Notes: generated by a model not told the origin, from the sequence alone. Counted from the first letter of the stretch, positions 37,471 through 47,758 are shown. The stretch: DNA of 64,000 nucleotides from an uncultured Candidatus Saccharibacteria bacterium (GCA_964546795.1 CAZJKG010000002.1:6307-70306); one strand, 5' to 3'. Translations and numbers: made by a program.

Positions 37471-38148
37471 ATGAAAAGCATTTCGTCAGAGCTGGCTCCC
37501 CGGTTTTTTCCGGTGATCCAGAAAGTTCTCGATGCTCCGTCGTTGTTCTTCCGGGCCAACGTTGAGCCGATCCTCCACAAGATGAAGAAAACCTTTGAGG
37601 ATGAATTCTTGAAGGAACTTGTGGTTCCGCTCACGGTGGTGTGCCTCGTTCTGAGTATCTTCTGCTCCGTTCTGTGGATAAAGGGAATGGGAAACAGAAG
37701 TGTCTCCTTCGTCTCTATGGCCTACGCCGGAAAACCGGAAGTGATGAAAATCTCTCCCCGTCGGCATGGCAAGTTCCGCGTAACGACGACAGCGGGAATG
37801 AAGCCAAAGATCGAGGAGGCGATGTTCAGTTTGATTGCATTGCTCTTCTTCGTGGCGTCACTTCTCGGCATGTTCTGGGGAAAAAGAGGAGCGACCTTCG
37901 GGGTCATCCTCGTCTCGCTCTCCGCCATAGGCGCTCTTGCCATTACTGGAGGACAGATTGCGGCGATCCTTCGCCCGAACATGACGGCTGTGTTCCTACT
38001 CTTTGTCCTTCTATCGTTCGGGCTCTCCGCGTATTTCATGAAGCGCTGGGTTGCTCCTTCAATGGTGAACAGAGTGTCTCTTGCGCTTCTGGGAGAGTCC
38101 CTCCTCGTGTATCTCGTGAGCTTCACCGCTTCGCTTCCCTATCTCTGA
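37471..38148 (+). CDS. Hypothetical membrane protein
   Basis: GGGAGG SD; multiple TM segments. Confidence 0.65.
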   Translation: MKSISSELAPRFFPVIQKVLDAPSLFFRANVEPILHKMKKTFEDEFLKELVVPLTVVCLVLSIFCSVLWIKGMGNRSVSFVSMAYAGKPEVMKISPRRHGKFRVTTTAGMKPKIEEAMFSLIALLFFVASLLGMFWGKRGATFGVILVSLSAIGALAITGGQIAAILRPNMTAVFLLFVLLSFGLSAYFMKRWVAPSMVNRVSLALLGESLLVYLVSFTASLPYL

Positions 38149-38161
38149 CGAAAGGAGAAAC

Positions 38162-38257
38162 ATGCTTCAATCGGTGAACTCAATCTTCTGTCGGAGCTGG
38201 TGGGTGCGGACGCTCTATAAGTTTCTGTATAATCTTCTGTACCGTGTCTTCCAGTGA
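38162..38257 (+). CDS. Putative 31-aa peptide, not in the ORF track
   Basis: AAAGGAG SD; MLQSVNSIFCRSWWVRTLYKFLYNLLYRVFQ*; terminator directly after (38265-38304). Confidence 0.5.
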   Translation: MLQSVNSIFCRSWWVRTLYKFLYNLLYRVFQ

Positions 38258-38465
38258 CGGAAGTGGGCCTCGGGTTTCGCAAGAACCCGAGGCCCTTCCT
38301 TTTTATTTTATGAGAGAATTTCAACCATTTGGAGCGAAGCGCGTGTTGAAGTATCGGGAGACATGCGTTACACTTCGCAGAAGAAGTACTTTGATTCTAA
38401 TGGGACATGAGGTTTCGCTCGTGCCAATGTCGGTACGAGCATTCATCCAAAGGAGGTGCGTGAGC

Positions 38466-39038
38466 ATGATAATGCGGACAATAGGTAAGGATCTCCTCCC
38501 TTCTATCTTCTCCGCCTTCGCGGTGACGACACTCCCGAGGGTGGCAGGTAGAAGAACGGAGGACTGTTTCTGCATGGAGCAGTATGCGTACCGTGCTGAT
38601 GACCTGGATCGCTTTCGATTTCTCCCGGAAGACCAGCCGGAAGCGGATGCCTGTGTCGTCAGGACGCTTGTTACTTCACAGAAGGAATCATTTTCTGAAT
38701 GGGCGGCCGCGCTTTCCGGGAATTGCGCCAGTACCGAGATTTCCTCCCTTGAAAAGTGTTTGAGAGAGCGCCGATATCTCCTCACCCTGACGCAAGCCGA
38801 AAGGATGGTGGACATCACCGAACGCTACTTGCAGGCCTTTTGGAAACGCGAGAACGGCTGGAACATCTATTTCTTCGTGGAAAACGGGGACTTGAGCGTT
38901 TCGGTCATGCATGTCTTCCGTTATGGAGTGCGAAATGTGCGCGTTCTGAACACGCTGCATCTCGGCAACAGCCACCCGTCGCACCCGAAAAAGTTCCTTT
39001 TTGTCCCGAACCTGAACGTTGCGAGCCCTGTCTTCTGA
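38466..39038 (+). CDS. Hypothetical protein
   Basis: TTGAAG-17-TACACT promoter, AAGGAGGT SD 8 nt before the ATG, terminator at 39063-39098. Confidence 0.7.
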   Translation: MIMRTIGKDLLPSIFSAFAVTTLPRVAGRRTEDCFCMEQYAYRADDLDRFRFLPEDQPEADACVVRTLVTSQKESFSEWAAALSGNCASTEISSLEKCLRERRYLLTLTQAERMVDITERYLQAFWKRENGWNIYFFVENGDLSVSVMHVFRYGVRNVRVLNTLHLGNSHPSHPKKFLFVPNLNVASPVF

Positions 39039-39175
39039 CAGCGCTCAAGTGTTCTGCGATTTACCCCTCTCGCGCAAGCGGGAGGGGTGAACTTTTTTGC
39101 TCGAACGGCCGACATGTTTTGTTACTCGCGCCGCCGCTTGACAGCAAAAATTGTGATAGATAAGGAGGATTGTTT

Positions 39176-39361
39176 ATGCTCGCATGGAATTTGCTTATCA
39201 TAGTGTTGGTGTTTTGTGTCTTCCCTCCTGAAGCATATCCTCTCATTATGGAATGGTCCCTCCTAATTCTGCTGGCTTTGGGAGGGATCGTTGCCCTCGG
39301 TTCTAAAATCAGTAACATAAGATATGAAAGGGAGGCGAAGAAGAGGGGTGGTAGCTTCTGA
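39176..39361 (+). CDS. Small two-TM protein
   Basis: TTGACA at 39138, TAAGGAGG SD, hairpin at 39391-39420. Confidence 0.55.
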   Translation: MLAWNLLIIVLVFCVFPPEAYPLIMEWSLLILLALGGIVALGSKISNIRYEREAKKRGGSF

Positions 39362-39484
39362 TTCATAATGAGGAAGGAGAAGACGAGCAAGCCGCACCGG
39401 AACTATGGTGCGGTTTTCTTATTGCACAGGTACTTGACCATATATGGGTATGCGCGTTATGAGTGAGTGAGTGATTAAACGCAA

Positions 39485-41878
39485 ATGAAAAAATTGCTTC
39501 TCGTCGAATCGCCTACAAAAGCGAGAACTATTGGGCACTACCTCGGCAAGGACTACACCGTCCTCGCTTCGGTCGGGCACGTGCGCGACTTGCCGAAGAG
39601 TAACAAAGACGCTGTCGATATTGAGGGTGGCTTCATCCCCCGTTACGTCATCCCCGCCGAGAAACGGGAAGTGATAGAGAAAATACAGCATGCTGCGGCA
39701 AAGGCCGATGAGATCTATCTTGCAACCGACCCCGACCGCGAGGGCGAAGCGATAGCGTGGCACATCAAGGAAGTCGCGGATCTGAAGGAACCGAAACGTG
39801 TCGTTTTCCATGAAATCACCAAAGCCGCTATAAAAGAAGCACTCGCGCATCCCCGAGCGATAGACGAGCACTTGCGGCGCGCGCAAGAAGCGCGACGCGT
39901 CCTCGACCGCATCGTCGGCTACGACCTTTCGGGACTCATTTGGAAAAAAGTAAGGTATGGATTGTCAGCAGGCAGAGTACAGTCGCCGGCGCTCCGCATT
40001 CTCGCGGAACGCGAGCGTGAGATAAAAAATTTCATACCGGTCACCTATTTTGTGCTTTCGGCGCTCTTTAAATCAAAAACGGGCGATATTGCCACTGTCT
40101 GCGCAGAAGAGCCCTCTACTAAAGAGGAGGCCGAGAGGATAGTACAGGCCGGAAGGAGCGCGCGTTGGAGTGTCTCCGACGTCGGTGAGAAAGCTGAGGA
40201 ACGCAATCCCCGCCCGCCGTTCACCACATCTACTCTGCAACAGACCGCATCAACACGCCTCGGCTTCGCACCCTCGCGCACGATGCGGGCGGCGCAAAAG
40301 CTCTATGAAGCCGGACATATCACATACATGCGCACTGATTCGGTAAATCTCGGAAAGGAAGCGGTGGCGAAAATGGCCGATAGTATTGAAAAAGAATTTG
40401 GCAAGGACTATCTTCAGGTGCGTATCTATAAAACGACGAGCAAGAATGCTCAGGAGGCACACGAGGCCGTCCGTCCCACCGATCCCTCCCACGAGACCGC
40501 CGGCTCCACCTCCGACGAAATGCAATTGTATGAGCTCATCCGAATCCGCGCACTCGCTTCGCAGATGGCGGCCGCGCGGATCATGCGGACAAGCATAACG
40601 GCAAAAGCGGAGGCGGTTATCCCTCTCTTTACTGCGAGCGGTTCGCTTACCATGTTCCCCGGCTGGCTCGCACTTGATACGGCCGCGCGCGGCGAAGATA
40701 CGGAATTGCCCAAGGTCGCCGTGGACGACCCGCTCACACTTCTTTCGCTCTCTTCAGAAGAAAAGCAAACCGAACCGCCCAATCGGTATACCGAAGCCGG
40801 CCTCATCAAAGAACTCGAGAAGCGCGGTATCGGCCGTCCTTCAACATACGCTTCCATCATGAAAACCATCCAAGATCGCGGTTATGTGGAGAAGACCGGG
40901 CGCTCCCTGAAGCCGACGGCGACCGGCATGGTCGTCTCGGGCTGGCTCGAAGAAAACTTTCCAAAGTATGTGAGCGATACCTTCACTGCAGAGATGGAAG
41001 ATGAACTGGATGAAATAGCACGGGGAGAACGCGGCTATACCGAAACATTGAGTGCATTTTACGGCCCATTTGAGAAAGCGGTGCATGCAAAAGATAAACT
41101 GCCAAAAGCGACGTCGCTCGGGGACGCAGGAGCGGAGTTTCCCTGCCCGCTCTGCGGAAGCCCTATGGAGTTCAAGCTCGGACGCGGCGGCGTATTCATG
41201 AGTTGCAAGAAATATCCCGATTGTCTCGGCGCACGAACCGAGGAGGGCACCGAACTAAAAAGTGATGTGCTTATCGGACACGACCCCTTGACCGGCGCGC
41301 CTATTTATATAAAGACCGGACGTTTCGGACCGTATGTGGAAATGGCATTAGAAGAAGAAAGCAGTAAGCAGAAAGCAGAAAACAGTGAAAATGCAGAGAA
41401 GAAAGAGAAAAAGAAACGCGGCAAGGGTCGGCCGAAGAAAGCTGCGAAACGTGCGAGTATTCCGCCCGGCACCGACCTCGCGCACGTAACACTCATTGAC
41501 GCCCTCAAATATCTTTCGCTCCCGCGCGAATTGGGAATGCATCCCTCGACGAGCAAACCGGTATTCGCCTCCACCGGGCGATTCGGACCCTATGTGGGCA
41601 GCGATGGTGAATTTCGTTCGCTCAAAAGCGCCGTGGGCGACCCATACACGGTTACACTCGACACCGCACTCTCGCTCCTCGCTGCACCGAAGCTGCCGCC
41701 GAAAGGTGTCGAAATTGTTAAAGAGATCGGCAAGCATCCGCGCACCGGAAAGACACTCGTGCTATATAAATCAAAACAGGGATTGTTTCTCAAAAAAGGC
41801 CTGCGCCGTATTTATCTGCCAGAAACTGTGAAGCCAGATACTTTAACGAGCACCGAAGCCGCCGAGTATTTGAAATAG
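39485..41878 (+). CDS. topA: DNA topoisomerase I
   Basis: LVESPTKA, SVGHVRDLP, ATDPDREGE, SAGRVQS, ITYMRTDS, AQEAHEAVRP, Zn ribbon and GRFGPY C-terminal repeats. Confidence 0.98.
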   Translation: MKKLLLVESPTKARTIGHYLGKDYTVLASVGHVRDLPKSNKDAVDIEGGFIPRYVIPAEKREVIEKIQHAAAKADEIYLATDPDREGEAIAWHIKEVADLKEPKRVVFHEITKAAIKEALAHPRAIDEHLRRAQEARRVLDRIVGYDLSGLIWKKVRYGLSAGRVQSPALRILAEREREIKNFIPVTYFVLSALFKSKTGDIATVCAEEPSTKEEAERIVQAGRSARWSVSDVGEKAEERNPRPPFTTSTLQQTASTRLGFAPSRTMRAAQKLYEAGHITYMRTDSVNLGKEAVAKMADSIEKEFGKDYLQVRIYKTTSKNAQEAHEAVRPTDPSHETAGSTSDEMQLYELIRIRALASQMAAARIMRTSITAKAEAVIPLFTASGSLTMFPGWLALDTAARGEDTELPKVAVDDPLTLLSLSSEEKQTEPPNRYTEAGLIKELEKRGIGRPSTYASIMKTIQDRGYVEKTGRSLKPTATGMVVSGWLEENFPKYVSDTFTAEMEDELDEIARGERGYTETLSAFYGPFEKAVHAKDKLPKATSLGDAGAEFPCPLCGSPMEFKLGRGGVFMSCKKYPDCLGARTEEGTELKSDVLIGHDPLTGAPIYIKTGRFGPYVEMALEEESSKQKAENSENAEKKEKKKRGKGRPKKAAKRASIPPGTDLAHVTLIDALKYLSLPRELGMHPSTSKPVFASTGRFGPYVGSDGEFRSLKSAVGDPYTVTLDTALSLLAAPKLPPKGVEIVKEIGKHPRTGKTLVLYKSKQGLFLKKGLRRIYLPETVKPDTLTSTEAAEYLK

Positions 41879-41910
41879 TCGTAATTAATTCGCAGGTGTA
41901 TAGTATTCGG

Positions 41911-43500
41911 ATGACGACCATCAAGGAAATCATTGCCGAGATGGAAGGGCCGTCGCCCGAAGATATTGCATTCGTCGAAAAGGCATACGAGTTCTCCCAG
42001 AAGGCGCATGAGGGCCAAACCCGCTACTCGGGTGAGCCCTATTTCATCCATGCGGCGGCGACTGCGAAGATACTTGCCGAATACGGCATGGACGCAACTA
42101 CCATTGCCGCGGGACTTCTCCACGATGCCGTCGAGGACGGACGCGTCTCGCGCAAAGATATTGAAAAGGAATTCGGGAATGAATTGCTTTTCATCGTTGA
42201 TGGCGTAACTAAACTTGGCACGCATAAATATCGCGGCGCGGAGCGCCATGCGGAGTCGCTGCGGCGACTACTGGTCGCGACCGCAAGCGATATACGCGTA
42301 CTCATCGTGAAGCTTGCTGACCGCTACCACAACATGCAGACCCTGGAGCATGTGCCGGAACACAAGCGCAGTCGCATCGCGCTTGAGACATTGGAGATAT
42401 ATGCCCCTATCGCGGACCGGCTCGGCATGGGAAAGTTGAAGCGCGATCTTGAAGACCTGGCGTTTCCGTACGTCGACCCTGATGCCGCACATCATGCCGT
42501 GGAGGTGCGCACATTGAAAACGGAAGAGACGGAAGAAGGGCTCGCCAAAATTCAAAAAGAGCTTAGTAGTGAACTTGTAAAGAAAGGCCTGACGATGCTT
42601 CACAGCGATATCCGCATGAAAGGACTTTGGAGTTTGCACCAGAAGCTCAAAAGGAAGCGTGACGATATCAACCTCATTTATGACATTGCCGCACTGCGCT
42701 TCGTCGTGCCGACCATCGAGGATTGTTATGCGACTCTCGGCGTAGTACACGCGCTCTACAAACCGCTGCCGGGCGAATTCAAGGATTATATCGCCTTCCC
42801 CAAGCCGAACGGATACCAGTCGCTTCACACGACGGTCGTAACGCCGGAAGCAGGCATCGTCGAGATTCAGATTCGCACAGAGGAAATGCATAAACGCGCA
42901 CAGTTTGGCATCGCGTCGCACATGTCCTATAAGCAACTGGGGAAAGGGATTGAGAAACTCGGAAAGAATGCTCAGAAAAGCAGATTTGCATCGCTTTCTT
43001 TCTCGTGGATCCGCTCGCTCATCCCCTCGCTCATGAAAGTTGCGAAGAAGGAAGGAGAAGTAAAAGGCGTGACCAAAGTGCCGCCGTGGCTCGCCGAGCT
43101 CGCCGAGGCGCATACGGAAGTCGCCGGCTCCAAAGAATTCGTTGAGGGACTCAGGGAGGATTTCTTTTCACATCGAGTATTCGTATTTACTCCCAAAGGA
43201 GATGTTATCGACTTGCCCGCGGAATCAACGCCGATTGATTTTGCCTATGCGATACACAGCGATCTCGGAGACCATATTCAGGGCGCGAAGGTCAACGGAA
43301 AACTTGTTTCTTTTGAAACGGTACTCGGCAACGGCGAGGTGGTTGAAATACTGCGACGTGAGGCCGCGCACCCATCGCTTAAATGGCTTGAGATAGCACG
43401 GACATCGCTCGCCAAACGCCATATCCGCGCGACGCTCGGCATGAGCGACCCAACAAAAGCATCGGGGCGAAGACAGCGGCACTCAAGAAAAGAAAAGTGA
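41911..43500 (+). CDS. RelA/SpoT (p)ppGpp synthetase/hydrolase (HD-SYNTH-TGS, no ACT domain)
   Basis: RYSGEPYFIH, LLHDAVED, KLADRYHNM, KPNGYQSLHT, EIQIRT, DFAYAIHS. Confidence 0.94.
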   Translation: MTTIKEIIAEMEGPSPEDIAFVEKAYEFSQKAHEGQTRYSGEPYFIHAAATAKILAEYGMDATTIAAGLLHDAVEDGRVSRKDIEKEFGNELLFIVDGVTKLGTHKYRGAERHAESLRRLLVATASDIRVLIVKLADRYHNMQTLEHVPEHKRSRIALETLEIYAPIADRLGMGKLKRDLEDLAFPYVDPDAAHHAVEVRTLKTEETEEGLAKIQKELSSELVKKGLTMLHSDIRMKGLWSLHQKLKRKRDDINLIYDIAALRFVVPTIEDCYATLGVVHALYKPLPGEFKDYIAFPKPNGYQSLHTTVVTPEAGIVEIQIRTEEMHKRAQFGIASHMSYKQLGKGIEKLGKNAQKSRFASLSFSWIRSLIPSLMKVAKKEGEVKGVTKVPPWLAELAEAHTEVAGSKEFVEGLREDFFSHRVFVFTPKGDVIDLPAESTPIDFAYAIHSDLGDHIQGAKVNGKLVSFETVLGNGEVVEILRREAAHPSLKWLEIARTSLAKRHIRATLGMSDPTKASGRRQRHSRKEK

Positions 43501-43507
43501 GTATACT

Positions 43508-44515
43508 TTAGACGGTAAAACCGCTAACCGAATACAGTTCGTCATCATTGGATTCCTCGGAAGCAGCTGGAGGAATTGGGTCACTCAAAAGTTGTGTGGT
43601 ATTCGGAAAGACGGGCATAGATGTATTCTTTCCCGAAACGGCTTCTGAGGTCGGAGGATTCGATTCGCGAAGCGCTGAATGTTCCGCGAGCGATGCGGCC
43701 AGATGCAAAAGGTCATCAGGCGAAAAGAAATCAATGACGAGACGACCGCCCTCGGCATTACTCTCAATAATGACGCGCGTGCCGAGTGTCTCGGTCAACG
43801 ACTTCTCGAGTTCAACCATTTCAGGCGTTTTCCGGTGATGGGTCCGCACCCGCTCTTGCGCTATGGACCGTGCGATATGCTCGGCAGCGCGGACCGAAAG
43901 CCGCTTCAAGATAATTTCTTTAAAAAGTGTCTCGCGCTCTTGCGGCCGGCTGTTGAGCGCGAGAAGCGGCCGCGCATGACCCTCGCTCATTTCCTTCCCC
44001 ACGATGGCACCCTGCATGTGCTCGGGCAATGAAAGGAGGCGAAGCGAATTTGAGACATATTCGCGGCTCTTGCCGATCTTCGCCGCGGTCTCGGCATGCG
44101 ATATACCGAATTCGTCAATAAGCTTCTGGAGCGCCTTCGCCCTGTCGATGGCGTTGAGGTCTTCGCGTTGGAGATTTTCTATGATAGCGAGTTCGAGCTT
44201 GGTGAGATTGTTTTCCCCGTGCCGGATAACCACTGGTATCTGAGTGAGGCCAGCGAGTCGACTCGCACGCAAACGCCGCTCGCCGGCTATGAGCTCATAC
44301 ACGCTCTCAAGGCCGCCTTCCGGCTTCTCCACATCGGTACGGCTGACGACAAGCGGCTGCAGCACGCCATACTGGCGGATGCTCTCCGCGAGGGATTTGA
44401 TGCCTTCTTCGTTGAACTCGCGGCGCGGCTGATACGGGTTTGGTTGTATCCGTTCAAGCTCTATCCAAAAGACCGAGTCGTATTTTGTCGGAACGTAGCG
44501 CGCATCATCCTTCAT
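43508..44515 (-). CDS. parB: ParB/Spo0J partition protein
   Basis: PNPYQPR, GVLQPLVV, AGERRLRA, IENLQREDL, HTH. The upstream ORF extension is antisense to tRNA-Leu, so the start was reset to ATG44515. Confidence 0.94.
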   Translation of the reverse strand: MKDDARYVPTKYDSVFWIELERIQPNPYQPRREFNEEGIKSLAESIRQYGVLQPLVVSRTDVEKPEGGLESVYELIAGERRLRASRLAGLTQIPVVIRHGENNLTKLELAIIENLQREDLNAIDRAKALQKLIDEFGISHAETAAKIGKSREYVSNSLRLLSLPEHMQGAIVGKEMSEGHARPLLALNSRPQERETLFKEIILKRLSVRAAEHIARSIAQERVRTHHRKTPEMVELEKSLTETLGTRVIIESNAEGGRLVIDFFSPDDLLHLAASLAEHSALRESNPPTSEAVSGKNTSMPVFPNTTQLLSDPIPPAASEESNDDELYSVSGFTV

Positions 44516-44552
44516 GTAAAAGATTTTAGCATATGTTACTCTGCAATCTATT

Positions 44553-44634
44553 GCCGGGGTGGCGGAATTGGTAGACGCAACGGATTCAAGACCCGTCGTC
44601 GTAAGACATGAGAGTTCGATTCTCTCCCCCGGCA
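44553..44634 (+). tRNA. tRNA-Leu (CAA)
   Basis: GCCGGGG/CCCCGGC acceptor stem, GGCGGAATTGGTAGAC D-arm, TTCAAGA loop, long variable arm, GTTCGAT. Confidence 0.92.
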
Positions 44635-44732
44635 CAGGGGTTTGACAAATTCAGTATGTTATGCTAATTTAGCGATAGATGGGAATCTGGATACGCAATT
44701 AATAAAACGTTCCTCAAAAAGGAGGTGAGAAG

Positions 44733-45191
44733 ATGATGACCCAGACGAATCGAGTTGAGTTCGCTCGCCAGAGTTTCGCAGCAAATCGGCGGGTCGCCGA
44801 AGAGAAATTGGCTGAAGCGCGCGAATACATTCAACACCTGCGGGGTTTCCGTCACGACCGGGCGGCCGTAGGTTCGGTGATGCGCTTTATTATGTTCGTG
44901 CCCTATCTGTGGGAGAAACGAAAGATGGTTCTGCTTCTCCAGGAAATTCGCTGGAGGATTCGCTTCTATCGCAGAGTGGAAGCAGACCTCAAACGCGGCG
45001 ATCTCGGCAGTGCTATTGAGGCCCTCTCACTGTTCGCTCCGCGCGAGGAAACGACGACGGAAATTGTCCGTCGCGTGCAGAGCAGTCCCGTGACGGTGTG
45101 GGCAATCCAGCAAAGCCCGACCATCCTGCGTGAGAATATGTTGCGACTGCGCGATGATCTCATCAAGGTTCAGCAAGAGAGGACATGTTAG
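44733..45191 (+). CDS. Hypothetical Arg-rich protein
   Basis: TTGACA-17-TAATTT promoter, AAGGAGGTGA SD, terminator at ~45221-45262. Confidence 0.7.
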   Translation: MMTQTNRVEFARQSFAANRRVAEEKLAEAREYIQHLRGFRHDRAAVGSVMRFIMFVPYLWEKRKMVLLLQEIRWRIRFYRRVEADLKRGDLGSAIEALSLFAPREETTTEIVRRVQSSPVTVWAIQQSPTILRENMLRLRDDLIKVQQERTC

Positions 45192-45379
45192 TCGATACTA
45201 TTCCATTGCCTCTGTGTCGAAAGGAGCTTCCGCGCTCGCTTTTGCGCGGAGGTTTCTTTTTTGAAAGATCAAAGGGAAAAATTTTGTTTCTGTTGACTTT
45301 TTGCAGGATTTTAGTGTATATTATTTCCGGAAAACAAATCTGAACGTTGCATAAAAAATCAAATTGAAAGGAGCGATCG

Positions 45380-46081
45380 ATGGAAACGAATGTAATTGCC
45401 AGGTCTTTTGTTAATTTTGTCGCCAGAGGCGACTACCTGAACTGGCGCAGGATTAGTGGATTGTCTGCCGATGAAGTGATGATTCTCTTCAACATCGTCG
45501 CTGCCGCCGGATTCGAACCGAAAAAAGTGATTCGCGGAAAGCTCCTGGGCCACTGTCGTGAGCAGGGCGGCGGCGAAACCGGCGAAACCTACCTGATCAA
45601 CACTTACTGTCAGTACAAGGTTGTCAATCAAGATGGCGACGACCAAGGCGCGACGGGATGGTTGAACTCTGCTTTGCAACTGGCTTTGAGTTCTCTCTAT
45701 CCCCCTAGCACATGGGCGGAGGAGGACGCTATTCGAGCGGTTGAGGGCGAGATAGAGCGGAGCATTCCGCTTGAACCGATCCGCCTCACGGCTGAAGGCG
45801 ACCTGCTGAAGGAGCATCCCCGCCATCGGGAGTATCCTCACTCGGGTAACTACTTCGTAAACCATACCCGAGACGGTCATGAACTCGGATATAGTTCTTC
45901 GGGCGTGGGTATTCACGTTCTCTGTAAGGGTTTAGTGTGTCGGATCCGAGTTTCAGAGACGCATGACGCACTTGTCTGTGGGCCAGGCGGCCTGCGAGTT
46001 CTTTTCCCGAAGAAAATCAAGACCTTCGGAGAACTCCGGAAATTCCTGAAGGAGAATCCTATTCCGGCGGCGGCTGGATGA
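45380..46081 (+). CDS. Hypothetical protein
   Basis: TTGACT-18-TATATT promoter, AAAGGAG SD, terminator at 46101-46133. Confidence 0.75.
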   Translation: METNVIARSFVNFVARGDYLNWRRISGLSADEVMILFNIVAAAGFEPKKVIRGKLLGHCREQGGGETGETYLINTYCQYKVVNQDGDDQGATGWLNSALQLALSSLYPPSTWAEEDAIRAVEGEIERSIPLEPIRLTAEGDLLKEHPRHREYPHSGNYFVNHTRDGHELGYSSSGVGIHVLCKGLVCRIRVSETHDALVCGPGGLRVLFPKKIKTFGELRKFLKENPIPAAAG

Positions 46082-46139
46082 CAGTTCCCCAATGAGCGCT
46101 AAGGGGCGGGAAGATACCTTCCCGCCCCCTTTTCATTTA

Positions 46140-46799
46140 TTATAACTTCCCCACCAGATCTAACCCCGGCTCGAGCGTGTCATCGCCCGGCTCCCAGGAA
46201 GCGGGACATACTTTCCCTTTGTGTGTTTCCACATACTGCGCCGCCTGAAGCTTGCGGAGTGTTTCCGAACCTTTGCGTCCTATTGAGTTGTCGTTGATTT
46301 CCATCGCGCGGAGCGTCCCCACAGGGTCAATGATGAACGTACCGCGCAATGCAAGACCCTCGTCCGGAGTGAATATCGTTTCGCCTCCCTCAATGAGCAC
46401 CCCGAATGCATAGGCGAGCTTGCCGGACGGGTCAGCCGCCATCGGATACGATATTTTTTTGATGCCCGGGGAAGCATCGTGCCATGCTTTATGGGTATAG
46501 ACTGTATCAGAAGAGACCGAGATGATCTCGGCATTGAGCGCCTGGAACTTCGGATAGAGTTTAGCGAGCTCTTCAAGTTCAGTCGGACAGACGAAGGTGA
46601 AGTCCGCAGGATAGAAAACGAGGACTACCCACTTTCCACGCAGCTGCGAGAGAGTCATGACTTTAATAACTCCCTCATGGTAGGTTTCGAATTCAAAATC
46701 AGGGGTCGTCGAACCGACTTTTACCTGCGATGTATAATCGTGCGGCGCGTCATGGAATTCGCCGCAGTTCTCGCAATAATTGCTTTTGGTCTCTTTCAT
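46140..46799 (-). CDS. ahpC: Peroxiredoxin (AhpC)
   Basis: FYPADFTFVCPTEL, HKAWH, ALRGTFIIDP, VCPASWEPG. Confidence 0.95.
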   Translation of the reverse strand: MKETKSNYCENCGEFHDAPHDYTSQVKVGSTTPDFEFETYHEGVIKVMTLSQLRGKWVVLVFYPADFTFVCPTELEELAKLYPKFQALNAEIISVSSDTVYTHKAWHDASPGIKKISYPMAADPSGKLAYAFGVLIEGGETIFTPDEGLALRGTFIIDPVGTLRAMEINDNSIGRKGSETLRKLQAAQYVETHKGKVCPASWEPGDDTLEPGLDLVGKL

Positions 46800-46803
46800 A
46801 AAA

Positions 46804-46875
46804 TAGGTTGTAGTGAGTAGGTTGTTGGTGGTAGGTAATAAAGAATGCATTTGCCTTTCTACCACCTACTACCTG
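46804..46875. repeat. Degenerate 7-bp tandem repeats in inverted blocks
   Basis: TAGGTTG TAGTGAG TAGGTTG TTGGTGG TAGGTAA ... CTTTCTA CCACCTA CTACCTG. Confidence 0.55.
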
Positions 46876-46900
46876 TTGCTTCATGATACCATCGTGCGCA

Positions 46901-47758
46901 ATGGTGAGGCAAATTTTATGCATAATCGGCCCGACCGCCTCCGGGAAATCTTCTCGCGCGGTCGAGGAAGCCCTCGTTCGCAACGGCGAGATTATCTCAG
47001 TTGATTCGCGACAAGTATACCGCGGACTTGATATCGGCACTGAGAAAATTACTCCCGAGAAAATGTGTGGGATTCCTCACCACCTTATTGATATCCGTAA
47101 TCCGAAGGAGAATTATTCCGCCGGAGATTTTGTCGCGGATGCGACTCGCCTCATTAAGGATATTTCGGCTCGTGGGAAGCTCCCCATCCTTGTCGGAGGA
47201 ACGCATTTTTATTTCCACGCGCTTCTCCATGGCCTTCCGATGGGAATCGATGCAAATCCCCTGCTTCGCGAAGAACTTGAAACACTTTCCGCGGAAGAGC
47301 TCTATGCGCGCGTCCGCCTGGCGGACGCGCGCCGGGCTGCGGAATTGGATTCCAAGAATCGCCGCCGACTCATCCGCGCCCTTGAAATCATTGTCTCCCT
47401 TGGCACCGTCCCACCGCGCAGCTTAACTGCAACTTCATTTGGTACAAGGTTGAACCTTGTAAAATATGTTGTTGAATGGATAGTGATTGACCCACCAAAA
47501 GAGGAATTGAGCGCAAGAATAGACGCGCGGTTAGAAAGCGCACTTGCACGCGGACTTATTGATGAGGTACGACGTGTGCGCGAAGCGGTCGGTGATACGC
47601 GACTGAATGAACTGGGGCTTGAATATAAAATAGTGGGCGAGTTTTTGCGCGGAGAACGCACTGAAGCATCGCTTCTTCCGGCTCTCTCGGCAAAACTCTG
47701 GCAGTATGCACGACGCCAAAAGGCGTGGCTACGCAAACTAGGACATCGGATGTCCTAG
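46901..47758 (+). CDS. miaA: tRNA dimethylallyltransferase
   Basis: GPTASGKS, SVDSRQVYRGLDIGTEK, PHHLID, VGGTHFY, RLIRALE, YARRQKAW. Confidence 0.96.
   Translation: MVRQILCIIGPTASGKSSRAVEEALVRNGEIISVDSRQVYRGLDIGTEKITPEKMCGIPHHLIDIRNPKENYSAGDFVADATRLIKDISARGKLPILVGGTHFYFHALLHGLPMGIDANPLLREELETLSAEELYARVRLADARRAAELDSKNRRRLIRALEIIVSLGTVPPRSLTATSFGTRLNLVKYVVEWIVIDPPKEELSARIDARLESALARGLIDEVRRVREAVGDTRLNELGLEYKIVGEFLRGERTEASLLPALSAKLWQYARRQKAWLRKLGHRMS

Noticed and set aside
44516-44635. N-terminal extension of ParB in the ORF track
   Set aside because: It is the antisense reading of tRNA-Leu(CAA).
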